This document shows positions 20,469 through 34,223 of a stretch of DNA of 64,000 nt, one piece after another. The DNA is taken from contig NC_043024.1 in NCBI RefSeq assembly GCF_006345805.1, positions 5,394,001 through 5,458,000 on the forward strand, given 5' to 3'. The stretch's first letter is position 1; every line of letters begins with the position of its first letter. The translations under genes and the position numbers were made by a program. Below the pieces are notes generated by a model. It had not been told where the DNA came from, searched no databases, and was given only the letters and a program-made list of their open reading frames with translations. This DNA is from Octopus sinensis (Eukaryota).

Positions 20469-21640
20469 CAGAAAAGGAACCACGATGATGATGATCCTCA
20501 TCATTTAACATTCTCCTATTCATGCTTCTGTGGATCAGATGGAATTCATTGATGGAGATTTTCTACATCTGGTACCTTTGTTGTGACCAATCCTCACCTG
20601 TTTCCAAGCAAGGAAATATTTTCCCTGGTGAGACATATTTTACGCAGAGGACTGGAAGTGAACAACTGCACAAGTATGACGGTTATGATGGCCCTTTACG
20701 AACACCACATAATATCTGGACAACGGTCCACACACACACACACACATGTATGTTCAAAGATTTTCTTAAAGGAAATCTTTTACATGTTTTCTCTACATGT
20801 AAATGTTTGTAATTCCTATTAGGAAATGAAACACATGTAATGCTGAATAAATAATATCAAACTCTTCTCCATTGTCCTTATGTGTTTTTTTCTAAGGTAA
20901 AAAAAAATGGCTTCCACCCCCACCCACCCTGTTTTTTGGACCCGTAAAAGGGTTTTGTAGCATAATATGAGGTCAGGGTAGTTGATTCCACGCAAAAAAT
21001 CTAACATTTTGATTTTTTCTTAGTGAAAATCATGCGGGAGTTAATATAGAAATTTACCCTTTTCTGTATGAATGCATTTACGTTTCAATAATTGATCCAT
21101 TTTCATAGATTGATTTGGCACAAATAGCTTATGTTACAGTTAGACACATTCACAAGTAGACAAACAAATGGTTTGATTAGGGTATAATCAATTTGGCAAA
21201 GAAACTAAAGAGAAAACATTACGACGATAACCACCACAGATCTACAATGGAAGAATTCACCACGTGTAGTTGAGGGTAAAAGAAAACGTTGAACGACAGT
21301 AAGTACATCCAAAATTTATAAAGCAGCAACATACATACATACATAGATACTTGTAGCACACATATATATACGTGCAGAGTGAAAATAAATCACACTATTT
21401 AATGTTGACGGACTGACTACACTGCAAAAAATAAAAAAATCACTGATTTCATTTAATTTCATTTCTGTTTACAAACTGTCTCCGTGTCTACATGGGTCAT
21501 AACTAAACATATCCACAAATCCTTTTGTATATACACACACAATATTTAAGGAAAAAAAGGAATATACACAAAAAAAGAACGAATCAAAAACAAATATTTT
21601 ACTTTTATCGTATTGTTGTTTACATTTTCTGTCTCTACGG

Positions 21641-24600
21641 ATGAGCAGAAGCAACAAAATCGCCATGGTGGAATTCACAGTGGATTGCGATAAGACTGGT
21701 CGCTGCTCCAAAATAGAACACTGCCCAGAAAGTCACACCTGCCACATCTGTACGGAACCCGAAAATACGTTCCATAATCGCTGGGTCGAATGTGGGACAT
21801 GTCTTATCTCTGTCTGCCTCCAATGTGCCACGGACTTTCAGAAGATCCCAGGCCATAAAAAGAGCCATCATAATGCTATGATAGATGGACTCTGGAAGAT
21901 GGTTCAGCTTAAATCTTGGACTTTTCAGTGTCAGGCCTGCGTGCCTCCACAACCGACGATTGTGTCTCCCCCTCCCACTCCCGTGGAGGAGGCTGGACAA
22001 CAACAGCAGCAACAGCAACAACATAGCAGCAACAACAAAATCAACCACAACTAGAGCAGCAACTACAACACCAACAACACCAATTGACCAGTGCGGTTCT
22101 TGCAGAACTGCAACAATCGATCTGTGCTTTAAGAGGGGAAGTAGCAGGAATAAAAGCAAGCATTCAGGTTGGACTCCACAATGAGGAGTCTTATCGGAAT
22201 GCTCTGCTAAAGAACCTCCCTGTACCTCTTGCCGCATCTAAAAACACTGAGAAGACCGCGGTTTCTGCTACCCACGAAGTTATTGCCATTGGGGTGCCAG
22301 AAGACATGGCTGATCTTCAGGCATTTGCTGCCAACTCAGCCAAAAACCTAGGCTGCGTTCCCTCAATGGGTGCTCTCCGCCTTGGATGACCTGGCCCAAA
22401 ACCCAGGCTCATCAAGCTGTCTTTTTCAGACCACGCTGAGGCAACCTCATACCATCTGGCCTCAGTTAAAGCTGGGCGTGAAAATCGGACTACCTTCCGA
22501 ACACGCCCAGGCTTACCATTCGATGTACGTCCGAAGCTACGTGCAGCGGCTTCCCTGAACCGGAACTCAGCTCTGCAAGAAAGTTTCAGTCTTCGTGAGG
22601 ATGGACAAATCTGGAGATTTGTTAAGACTGGTGAAACGTGGAAGAGAGATACCAGCTGATCTGAGTGCTCTCTACCCACAATAACTGAAAATGGAAAAAA
22701 AACTACAGCAACTCTGGGAAACTAAACCAGAACAACCTACCATCCTCTACACACCATCATAAACTGCAAGCAGGGTACAAATTGTTGTCCTTAAATGCTC
22801 GCAGTTTATGCAACAAAATACATCTGTTCAACTCCTACGTCAGAAGTATTGACCCTGACTTCATCACAGTCACAGAAACATGGGCACATTCCTTACTCTG
22901 TGATGGGGTTTTCAACATTACTGGGTACAACCTTTTCCGCAAGGACCGCATTAACCGCCGTGGTGGTGGTGGTGTGATGGTCTACGTTCATTCAAATTTT
23001 TCGGTAATTCCTTGTGCTGATTTGAACGAATCACAAGAAGTTTTTTCTGTGACATACGTATGACCATGTCAACACTCCTGCTTGGCGTTGTTTATCGTCC
23101 CCCAAATTACCATCAAGACACACAGCTTTGCGATATCCTCCGAGCTGCTGCCAGGAAAACAGCCACTTATGTTTTTATTGCAGGCGATTTCAATCATCCT
23201 GAGATCAATTGGGAAACCTTCCATTGGCTACAGAATGCAAACAATTTCGCTGAGCTTGTACTGGACTCAAACTGGTCACAAGTAGTCACTTCTCCAACAA
23301 GAGGCGACAACACCTTGGACCTGTTCTTCACCACAACTCCTGAAGTGGTTATCAATTGTACTACGGAGGAACCTCTAGGCGATTCTGATCATACTATGAT
23401 CATCGCCAATCTGGCTTTTGCGGGCAACAACAAAAACCTGAACCATCTCCAATCTGCTTCCTTCGATAGGAAGAGAGTTGATTGGAACCTGTACCTCACT
23501 GAATTACAGCACCCAAACTGGCGTGAATTCTACAACTCTGGAGATGTGAATACTATACTCCAGAGTATCCTGGACTCAATATGGCAGCATCAGTGCCACA
23601 TAAACAGAAAAATAAGAACCGCCCCAAAAGTGCAATTTGGGAAACTTCAGCGGTCCGACTTACCAGGAAGGAACGTCGGACTGCTGAATGGGAATACAAG
23701 TTGCATAAATCAGACACCAACAGGAAAAAGCGGAATAAATCTTCCAACCATCTCAAGCAAGTGACAAAAAAATCAGTGCTTAAATTTGAACAGTGCATAG
23801 CAGCCAATCCTGACAGCAAGGTTTTCTGGAAATATGTGCATTTGAAGCAGAGACCTCACTCTCCCGTAGGCCCTCTTCGCAACCCTCACACAAGCCAGAT
23901 CACTGACGATCCCAATGAATGCGCAGAACTCATTGCCGAGTGCTATGCAAGCATATTCACTGTTGAAAATCAAAATGTACCATCTTCACCATCTCTAACA
24001 GCAAATTCCATAACAACTATGGAATTTACACCTGCAATGCTGCGACGTCACCTTCAAAATAAGCGCAACTATGCCTCCCCTGGTCTTGATGGCGTTACAT
24101 ACCTGCTTCTCAAACGTGGCAGGTACTTCCTTTTACACCAGCTTTCTATTTTTTCCAGTACTGTCTCAACAATGGTGCTACTCCGGAGCAGTGGAAAACC
24201 GCCAGTGTCATTCCTCTGTTCAAAAAGGGCGACTGCACATCACCTGTCAACTATCGCCCAGTCAGTCTCACTAGCTGTATTGCAAAACTGATGGAATCGT
24301 GTGTCAGAGAAACACTTTGGAACTTCTGGAGCTCTCACAGTCTCATCCGATCCTCACAATATGGATTTGTCCCTAACTCCAGCTGCAGTGATCAGCTTGT
24401 CGAGTTCCTTGAGGACATTACTCAGATCACTGACAGTGGCTCATGGGTGGATGTTGTCTACCTTGACTTTGCTAAGGCTTTTAATTCTGTGCCACACAAA
24501 AGGCTTATGGTGAAACTCTCTGCAATGGGTGTGAGGGATGATCTTTTTAACTGGTTGAAATCCTTCATTCTCAGCCGAAAGGAGGTAGTCACAGTTCTAG

Positions 24601-25697
24601 AACAGCATTCTACACCATATGAGATGTCATCGGGTGTACCACAGGAATCTGTTCTTGGTCCCCTCTTGTTTGTGGCATACATTAATGACATAGATGCCAA
24701 TTTAAAGAATGCCACAGTATTGAAATATGCAGACGACATCAAGCTGTACCTTGAAATCAAGAGGATAGATCCTGATGTCTACAACTCTTTCCTGCAATCA
24801 AACCTGGACACAATGCAGCAATGGATCACAGACTGGCCACTGAAACTGGCTGTGGACAAGTATACCACCATGCATTTTGGGAGAAAAAACCCTGTGTCCA
24901 CATACTCCCTCCACAACACTAATATCAAGAAATCCTCTTGCATGCGTGACCTAGGCATCACTGTCAGCAGTGATTTGCGTTGGACAAAGCATATCTCTAA
25001 AATTGTCAAGAAGGCCGAGGGTGTCTTGGCATCACTCAGCAAGACTTTTGTTAGCCGCTCTCCAGCCATCTATTTAAAGCTGTATACAGCTATGGTACGA
25101 CCACACTTGGAATTCGCATCATCAGTTTGGAACCCCTCTCTTGCTCAGAACATTGACCTCCTGGAATCTGTTCAGAGACGTGCAACCAAATGCATACCCT
25201 CCATCAGACACCTACCATACTCTGAGCGCCTTGTTTCCCTGGGCATGGATTCACTGAAGCTCCGGTGCCTGGCGACGGACTTGGTAGACATCCACAAAGT
25301 TATCAACCACCTCACCAACAACAACACTGAACACCTTTTTGATCTCCATGTGTCCAACACACGTGGACATGTTTACAAAGTCAGAAAACAGCATAGCTCC
25401 CATGACTTTCGGAAACATTTTTTCACGCTCAGAGTTGCTGAAGCATGGAACAAACTGCCTGCGTCAGTTGTTGATAGCCATGACACTGCATCCTTTAAGG
25501 CCCTCATGCTTTCCGTAATCCGCCGAAACTACACCTGATTGTCCCCCTTCCATACTCATACACATATGTGTATGTCATGATTCATGCACTGTTCTTTACC
25601 TGACGCTTGTACATTACCCTATGTACTATACATACACTTTAGATGAGTTGTAGTGCACCTGAGCACTGTACACAATGATTTTATTATTATTATTATT
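21641..25697 (+). mobile_element. CR1-clade LINE, near full length, frameshifted (ORF1 with PHD finger; ORF2 APE-RT; (ATT)n tail)
   Basis: ORF1 has CHIC...ECGTC...C...CQAC. APE motifs: LNARSL, VTETW, GDFNHP, DLFF, SDH. RT 24291-25538: QYGF, YLDFAKAFNSVPH, GVPQESVLGP, YADD, RPHLEFASSVWNP. Ends CACCTGAGCACTGTACACAATGATTTT(ATT)n. ORF2 is split over several frames. Confidence 0.9.
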
Positions 25698-25699
25698 CG

Positions 25700-25859
25700 C
25701 CAACACCACACCTGAGCTTTCTCCCCTCCATACACACAAGCAAGCATCTATCTGACTCATACACTGTTCACTTCCTAGGCAGATGCTTTATACGCAGTTT
25801 TTGACAAGTTGTGGGGCACCTGAGCACTGTATACAATAATTTCATTATTATTATTATTT
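25700..25859 (+). mobile_element. 3' end of a second, related CR1-type LINE
   Basis: Ends GCACCTGAGCACTGTATACAATAATTTC(ATT)n, the same terminus as the adjacent element. Confidence 0.7.
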
Positions 25860-25949
25860 AATAAAGGAATCGACTGACATGGTAAGGTTGGAGGAAGACG
25901 AACTTGTTCTTTTGAAGTTGGCATGCCCATGGTGTGTGTGTCACTGAAG

Positions 25950-25979
25950 CCATACATACACACATAAATACATACATAT

Positions 25980-26010
<31 letters not shown>

Positions 26011-26516
26011 TGCATACACACATGCATACACACATACAAACATACATACACACATACATACATACGTACATACATACACACATACATACTTATATACATA
26101 CATACACACACACATACATACACGCATACACACACATACATACACCCATACATACACACATACATACACACATACATGCATACATATGCACATACATACA
26201 TACATACCTACACACATACATACATACACACATACATACACACACACATACATACACACACATACATACATACACACACATACACACACATACATACATA
26301 TATACATACATACACACATACATACACACATACACACACACATACAAACATACATATACACATACATACATACACACATACATACATACACACATACATA
26401 AACTCTCGTTCTCTCTCCTTCCCTCCCTCTCTCCCTCTCATCTCCCTCCCCCTGTCTCCCCCTCTCCGTCTCTCTCCTTCACCCACTCTCTCTCCCCGTC
26501 CCCCTCTCTTCCCCTG

Positions 26517-26578
<62 letters not shown>
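25950..26578. repeat. Compound (CATA/CA)n then (CT)n microsatellite
   Basis: Directly visible low-complexity tract. Confidence 0.95.
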
Positions 26579-26579
<1 letters not shown>

Positions 26580-26581
<2 letters not shown>

Positions 26582-26700
26582 CTGAATGCTTTCATGGTAT
26601 GTAATAGGCCATCAAGCTCATTCTTGTCTTTGCCTAAGAGTTTTAAGTCATCCATACACAATAGATGGCTTATTTTCTCATTGTCCATTTTATACCCCTA
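26580..26700 (-). mobile_element. RT fragment of an R4/Dong-like non-LTR element
   Basis: DNEKISHLLCMDDLKLLGKDKNELDGLLHTMKAFS resembles the ISHLLYMDDLKL motif of this group. Confidence 0.55.
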
Positions 26701-26907
26701 CCCAGAACTTAATTTCTTTATTGTTTTTAAAACTGGCAGATATTCTATCGGTTTCTATGAGAGGAACAGCTATGTTATGACGATGTAAACACAGCAACAC
26801 TGGTGGTCAAGTGGGGTGGATGGACAAACACACACACACAAATAATATTTATAATAATAGATTTGTTTTATTATATAGGCAGTGCTGTGACAACCTGAGA
26901 CGCTGGG

Positions 26908-26915
26908 TATATATA

Positions 26916-27005
<90 letters not shown>

Positions 27006-27015
27006 TATATATATT
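26908..27015. repeat. (TA)n microsatellite
   Basis: Long, nearly pure TA run. Confidence 0.95.
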
Positions 27016-28119
27016 ATATTTAAATACACATATAATCAACTACAAAACTGACATATGCAAATTTTAAAAATATATTCAATGTATCACTCATTAAGATCTT
27101 AAAAAATATAAAAAATTTACAGATATATAAATATATATAAAAATATGAATATATAAAAATATAATATACATGTATGGGGGAGAAAAACTATATTGAACTA
27201 TAGAAATATATATTAAGGTATACATTGAAAACATTGTCCTACTTAAAAATTAAAGGTGTTGTTAAGAAATATGAAAAAATAAAAGTGAAAATGCTTGCGA
27301 GAAAGTGAATAAATGGATGTTTTAAGCATGGAGGTTGGAGTTTCCAATAATTCGATGGAGGTACTCCAGTTTAAATGCTTAGGTGGGGATACTTCAACGG
27401 CCGTTTCAAGGGTACAGAAATCCTTAGAAATGAAGGATTATTCCTATACATATTTTAGACATTGCAGCTTTCATCTTGGGAAAATATATTTAAATGCAGG
27501 AAAATGTATTTATATGTATATACATACAAACACACCCATACACTTACACACACTCACACACACACATAAATCCCCTCAACTGAGAAGAGTCAACTGTTGC
27601 CTTTTGCGAGTGAAAGGAGTCAAAAGGCTTCGACTTTTTCCACATTTTCTTTTCGCAGTTGTTTCCCTTTGTACCTATTATCATTACGAGTTTCTCAGTT
27701 CTCTCCCTTCATTTATATTTTAATTTTTTTTTTAAACAAAATGTTTATTCCTTAATTTCTTCTGCAAAATTTAATGTCTTATAACTTTAGTTTTTAGAAG
27801 ACAAAATTTCGCTGTAAAAACCATCCTTTCTGCAACTCATTATACTCTTGGAATTTCTCTCTGCTTAAATGTCATTTTCTTAATGTCTTTGTTATTTTAT
27901 GATCCACATTTCATAGTGTAATGATGAATATCTTGGAATCCCGTTCAGCTTATTTCTCCAGTTTTAGAATTTAATGATAAAGTCCCCATGAAAAATTCCT
28001 TTCGTCTATCTCTCGTTATGAATATGGTAAGAATAAATCTCTTTAACCTGTAAAGGGAAGAATTTTATAAAATTGTTCTAGAAATTTGTCTCTGGAAATT
28101 CATTTTCAGCAATGGTAGT

Positions 28120-28566
28120 CATAGCAACGTGGTTAAGAATCTAGCTTTGCAACTCTGTGGTCTTGGTTTCAGTCCCACTGCATGGCACCTTGGACAAATG
28201 TCTTCTGATATAGCCTTGAGCTGAGCAAAATCTTGTGAGTGGAAGAGAGTCAGCCTTGATGAGATGCAGTTTGGTTTTGTGCCAGGGGAGAAACATTCGT
28301 GAAGTTATTTACCTGTTCAGGCCACGATTTCGTGGATGGAAGCAACATTTATTTGTGTGTCTGTGTTTGTCCCCCAAACCGTTTGACAGCCTGTTTTGGT
28401 ATATTTATGTACCTGTAACTGAGAGGTTCATCGAAATAGATGGTTAGCATAAGTCCCAGGATGAACAAGTAATATGAATTATCAATGGTGTCAATTCTAT
28501 CGACGAAAATTCTTCAAGGCGCTGCCCCAGCATAGCCGCAGCGAAATGACAGAGTCAAGAAAAAGA
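28120..28566 (+). mobile_element. Diverged family A-like SINE
   Basis: GGTTTCAGTCCCACTGCATGGCACCTTGGAC head/CORE-like part and GCCCCAGCATAGCCGCAGCGAAATGAC tail. Confidence 0.7.
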
Positions 28567-29035
28567 TTTTTTAAAATGTGTGAGTGCGTGTGTGTATGTG
28601 TGAGTGTGCGTATGTGTTTGGAAGATGTCCATGTTTATACTGTGTAACTTCAAACACGCCTCTACAACCCACAACAGTTCAAAAAAGAGAGAAAAAGGGA
28701 AAGTGTTCTTTGCATTTGAAAACTCTGGAAATATTTCTTTAAAAACCATTTCAGACGGATGGGTACATAGGTTACAAGAACAGACACATATGGAGACATG
28801 GATCCACACATATAAAGATGCACATCCATACATACAAACATGGTACATAGTTACATAAGACACACACACAAAGATATGCACACACAAAGAGACAGAGTCA
28901 AAACTATTGAAAAGGTTGCAAGACGCAATGAAAATTTTAGGAAAATAAAAAGACGAAATAAGTGGAAATTTTACTGGTGACTGTGTTAAATGATAAGGTA
29001 CTAAAAGAGAATGACTCTCCCCAGACACAACAGAT

Positions 29036-31203
29036 TGCGCATGGGATCATAATACCCCCACATTCAGACTGTGACCCACATTGGCACTTGATAGCTTATC
29101 CTGGCTTGTCTCTGGATCATGTCAACAGGGTGCAAAGGATCAGTGAGGGGTCAGCCAAGCCTTATTGGATTTAAAATTCTAGGTTGTACAATCGCTAGAT
29201 AAGAGTCATTTACGATGCTTGGTCAATTAGGAGGGCCCTGCGGCATGCATGAAGGCCACAGCCGCGAATCTGAATAAAGCTGACCATGAACACAATACTA
29301 CTTAGAACTGTCCTTGCAGACATTTCGCATGGTAGATGGTCAGTGATGACCTTTTTACTCATGAGTGGATAGCCATCATCATCATCACCATATATACATA
29401 AATACATATATTCATACACGAAGAATTCATGTTTACATATATACATAACTACAGACAATCATACATACACGTATAAATCCAAACATAGGTATACACACAC
29501 ACACACATGTGTGTGTGCAAACATAAACAACAACATACTTAAATACAAATACAACTGTACACATACACCCACATACATTCATACGCACATATTTATATCC
29601 ATATATATGTACATATACATAGCTATTTCTTACACAATGAAACACTCATTTAAATGCTGACTCACTATTTCTTTTCTTTAACAATTCTAAAGAAATTCTA
29701 AAATATATCAATTTATTGTCATTAAATTTCTTATCGCTATTCAAATCTTAGGTCAACCTTTTTCGTCAATTTAGAAACACGCATGTATGAATGTATGTGG
29801 GTGTATGTATTTAGAAAGAATAGGTAAGACCGAAATATGTATACACTCACACCTATCCATCAATTCATCTATCTGTCTATACATACATGCATATACTCAT
29901 ATATACATATATATATAAATTGAATGTATAAACATATAAGTATATAATTAGGGGATATGTTAACCTTGTGAAGGGATGGTTGTAGTCAAGGAAACACCAG
30001 TTGAATACCTAGTATTTTGGGGCAATGAAATACCTTTAAAACAATAGGTATATATTAAGAATATAATTTATATCTATTTCAAAAAAGAAAAGAAAATGGA
30101 GATAAGGAAGTTGATAATTGTTTATTGCTTACAAAGTGGTCGTCTTCGCTGCTTACAATTGTTTCAATAAATTAATTACAAATTTGTACATTAATATTAC
30201 ATTTATGCGACATGAGTATAATTTCATCAGAGAAAAAAAGGTGCTCCTTCAGATATTATATATGGACCCATCTTCTTTTTTTCTTTTAAATGTATATAAA
30301 CTGTGTGTGTGTATGTGTATATATATATATATACACACTAAACTTCGCTTGCGAGGACCTGTTGAGGCAAGTGAAATCAAATTCGTTGAGATGACCGATG
30401 ATAGCACCGCCTGACTGGCAACCACACCAGTGGAATACTAAAAGCATCATCCGAGCATGAACGTTGCCAGTGTCGCTGTACTGGCTCCTGTTCAGATGGC
30501 ACGTAAAAAACACCATTTGAGTGTGGCTATTGGCAGTACCACGTGACTGGCCTCCGTGCTGGTGGCATGTAAAAGCACCCATTACACTCTCAGAGTGGTA
30601 GGTGTTTGGAGGGCATCCAGCGGTAGAAACCCTACCTGATCAGATAGGAGCCTGGTGCAGCCTTCTGGCCAGGATCTTCCAGATATATATTACTGCATAC
30701 CTCTCCCGTCTTCTCTCCGGGGAATAGAGTCTTAATTCTTTCAAACTTTCCCAGTAGCTGAGGTGTTACAAAGAGACGAACTTCTTTGTGAATCTTCTCT
30801 GGATTGCTTCAAGGTTCGCTGTTAATATCACACTGGTGGGTGACCATAGCTGTGAGCAGTAATCCAGGTGGCTGAGGATGAATGTCCGCTAGTGGACCAT
30901 CATGGTTTCCTTATCTCTGGTTTGGAATGTTCTTAGGATCCATCCAGCCAGTCGTCTGCACTTTGTCGCCATCCTGGTAATGTGCACTTGGAAAGAGGTA
31001 TCATCACTCATGTCTATACCCAGGTCCCTCACTGACTTAGGCTCTGGGGTTGAAATTTCCTGTGGACCGGTGTACCCTGTAAGTTAGGTTTTGATGCTGG
31101 TGGCGCAGGGCTTGGAATTTTTCAGCATTAAACTGCATATTATTATCCTCAGCCAATCCGTAAATGGAGTCCAACTCCTGCTGCATATACATATACCCAT
31201 AGA
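29036..31203 (+). repeat. Dispersed direct duplication, copy A (copy B 44777-47019)
   Basis: About 2.2 kb of colinear, highly similar sequence including unique DNA, an RTE 3' fragment (about 30340-30680) and a CR1-type fragment (about 30690-31185). Confidence 0.9.
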
Positions 31204-31204
31204 C

Positions 31205-34200
31205 TTCATCATCATCATCATCATCGTTTAACGTCCGTTCTCCATGTTAGCATGGGTTGGACGGTTCGACCGGGGATCTGGGAAGCCAGAAGGCTGCACC
31301 AGGCTCCAGTCTTATCTGGCAATGTTTCTACAGCTGGATGCCCTTCCTAACGCCAACCACTCCGTGAGTGTAGTGGGTGCTTTTTACGTGCCACCTGCAC
31401 AGGTGCCAGGTGAGGCTGGCAACGGCCACGGTCGGATTGGTGCAATTTACGTGCCACCGGCACGGAAGCCAGTCGAGGCAGCGCTGGCATCAGCCACGAG
31501 TCGGATAGTGCTTTTTACGTACCACCAGTCCAGGGGTCCTGGCATCTGCCGGGTGCCAGTCATAGGATTGGTTCAATTCGATTTCGATTTCACTTGCCCC
31601 AACATGTCTTCGCAAGCAAAGGGGGTTGCCATGGGTGCCTGTCGTCGGATGAGGTTCTATATCGACTTCGCTTGCCTCAATAGGTCTTTGTGTCCAAGGG
31701 AGGAAAGGCATGCATAAGTGGGCTGGGCTCACTTGTCCTGCCTGGTCTTCTCACATACAGCATATTTCCAAAGGTCTCGGTCGCTGGTCATTTCCTCAGT
31801 GAGGCCTAAATTTCGAAGGTCGTGCTTCACCACCTCGTCCCAGGTTTTCCTGGGTCTACCTCTTCCACGGGTTCCCTCAACTGTTAGGGATTGGCACTTT
31901 CTCACACACCTATCTTCATCCATTCTCGCCACATGACCATACCAGCGCAATCGTCTTTCTTGCACACCACAACTGATGCTTCTTAGGTACAACATTTCTC
32001 TCAAGGTACTAACGCTCTGTCGAGTATGTACACTGACATTACACATCCATCGGAGCATACTGGCTTCATTCCTCGCGAGCTTACGCATGTCCTCAGCAGT
32101 CACGGCCCATGTTTCACTGCCATGTAGCATGGCTGTTCGTACACATGCATCATACAGTCTGCCTTTTACTCTGAGCGAGAGGCCTTTAGTCACCAGCAGA
32201 GGTAAGAGCTCCCTAAACTTTGCCCAGGTTATTCTTATTCTAGCAGTTACACTTTCAGCGCACCCACCCCCACTACTGACTTGGTCACCTAGATAACGGA
32301 ACCCATCAACTACTTCTAGTTTTTCCCCCTGGAAAGTGACGGAAGTTGTTTTCTGCAGATTTTCGGAGGTTAATGCTCCTGAGCATCTGCCACATACAAA
32401 AACTATCTTCCCAGTTAGCCTACCTTTGACATTGCTGCACCTCTTATGTGTCCATAGCTTACACTGGGTACATCTTATAGAGTTTCTACCTACACCTTTT
32501 CTACAGATCGAGCAGGGCCATCTTCCTGAAGACATTTGTGGATTGTCTACCTTCCTACTTATTAGTACTTTGGTTTTAGCTAGGTTGACTCTAAGGCCCC
32601 TCGATTCTAAACCCTCCTTCCACACCTGGAACTTCTCCTCCAGTTCTGATAGTGACTCAGCAATTAGAGCAAGGTCGTCAGCATAGAGGAGCTCCCGGGG
32701 GCAACCTGTCTTGAATTCCTCCGTAATTGCCTGGAGGACTATGATAAATAGGAGGGGGCTGAGTACTGAACCCTGGTGGACCCCAACCTCTACTTTGAAT
32801 TCTTCTGTGTACATGTTGCCAACCCTAACCTTACTTACAGCATCTCTGTGCATGGCTTGCACAGCCCTCACCAGCCATTTATCTATCCCTAGTTTCCTCA
32901 TTGACCACCAGATAAGGGATAAGGGGACCCTATCAAAGGCTTTCTCCATGTCAACGAAAGCCAGGTACAGGGGCTTATCTTTGGCTAGGTATTTCTCCTG
33001 CAGCTGCCTTACCAGGAATATAGCATCAGTGGTACTTTTCCCTGGCACGAACCCAAACTGCATCTCATCTAAACTAACTCTCTCTCTAATTAGTTGGGCT
33101 ATGACCCTCTCCGTAACCTTCATTACCTGATCCAACAGCTTGATACCTCTGTAATTATTTGTATCTAGGGCATCATCTTTACCTTTGTAGCAGTTGACTA
33201 GTATGCTGCTACACCAGTCATTGGGTATGACTCCTTCGTATATCACCTGGTTGACTATACGGGTGACTAGGTTATAGCCGACACTGCCAGATATTTTGAG
33301 CATCTCTGCAGTAATTCCTGATGGGCCTGGGGCTTTCCCTGTCTTCATGCTTCTAATTGCTCTAACTACCAAAGAATTTTCAACTCGGATGGCTGGTCCC
33401 TCTGTTGGGTTGACATTCGGCAGACTCTCTTTATCCCATTCATTTTCTTTATTCAGCAACCTTTCATAGTGGCATTTCCAAACCTCTCTCTTTGCATCCT
33501 CATTTAGCGCAAGTGAACCATCATCCATGCGAACACACTTCTCTCCTACCACATCACGATTCTCTCTCACACACTGTCTTGCAACACGAAATACCTCAAG
33601 TCTTTCAACCTCACGGCTCAGAACATTGGCAAATTTTTTCTTATCCGCTTCCCCTCTGGCTAAATAAATCTGTCTCCTAGCTTCCCTTCTGGCTGTCTGA
33701 TACAATTCCCTGCTACCACCGTTCTTCCAGTCCTTCCAAGCCTGTCTTTTTTGTCTAATAGCCCTGTCAACTACAGTGTTCCACCACCACGTAACTCTGG
33801 GTTGAGATGGTACTTTGCTCCATCCACAGATTTGGTCAGTGTCTGTCAGCAGATTGTCCCGTAGAAATCTCCAGTTGTCTTCCACATTAAGTGAAGCTAT
33901 ATTTCCTTCTATTTCGCCAAAGGCTTCGAGTCGTATGTCTCAAATCTCTGTCCATTTGCAGGATCTTTAAGCTTCCAGACCCTTCTCCTCCAAGCTGGTC
34001 TTCTTCTGGGCAACCATTTAGCTCTGATCCTGAAGTCGCTAACTACTAATCTATGTTGAGGAGTACATTCTTCGCCTGGAAAGGTTTTGGCATTTATAAG
34101 CAGCCCTCTTTCCCTTTTTCTGGCAAGGATGTAGTCAATCTGGCTAGTGTGTCTGCCAGAACGGTAGGTGACTAGGTGCGAGGTGGGTTTCCTGAAGTTG

Positions 34201-34223
34201 GTATTGCAGACCATAAGGTCATT

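Noticed and set aside
29225-29380. Ankyrin-flavoured fragments (AACM..ANLNKADHEHNT; ISHGRWSVMTFLLMSG) in the duplicated segment
   Set aside because: They require frameshifts and contain stops in both copies. Too weak to call a pseudo-exon without a profile search.
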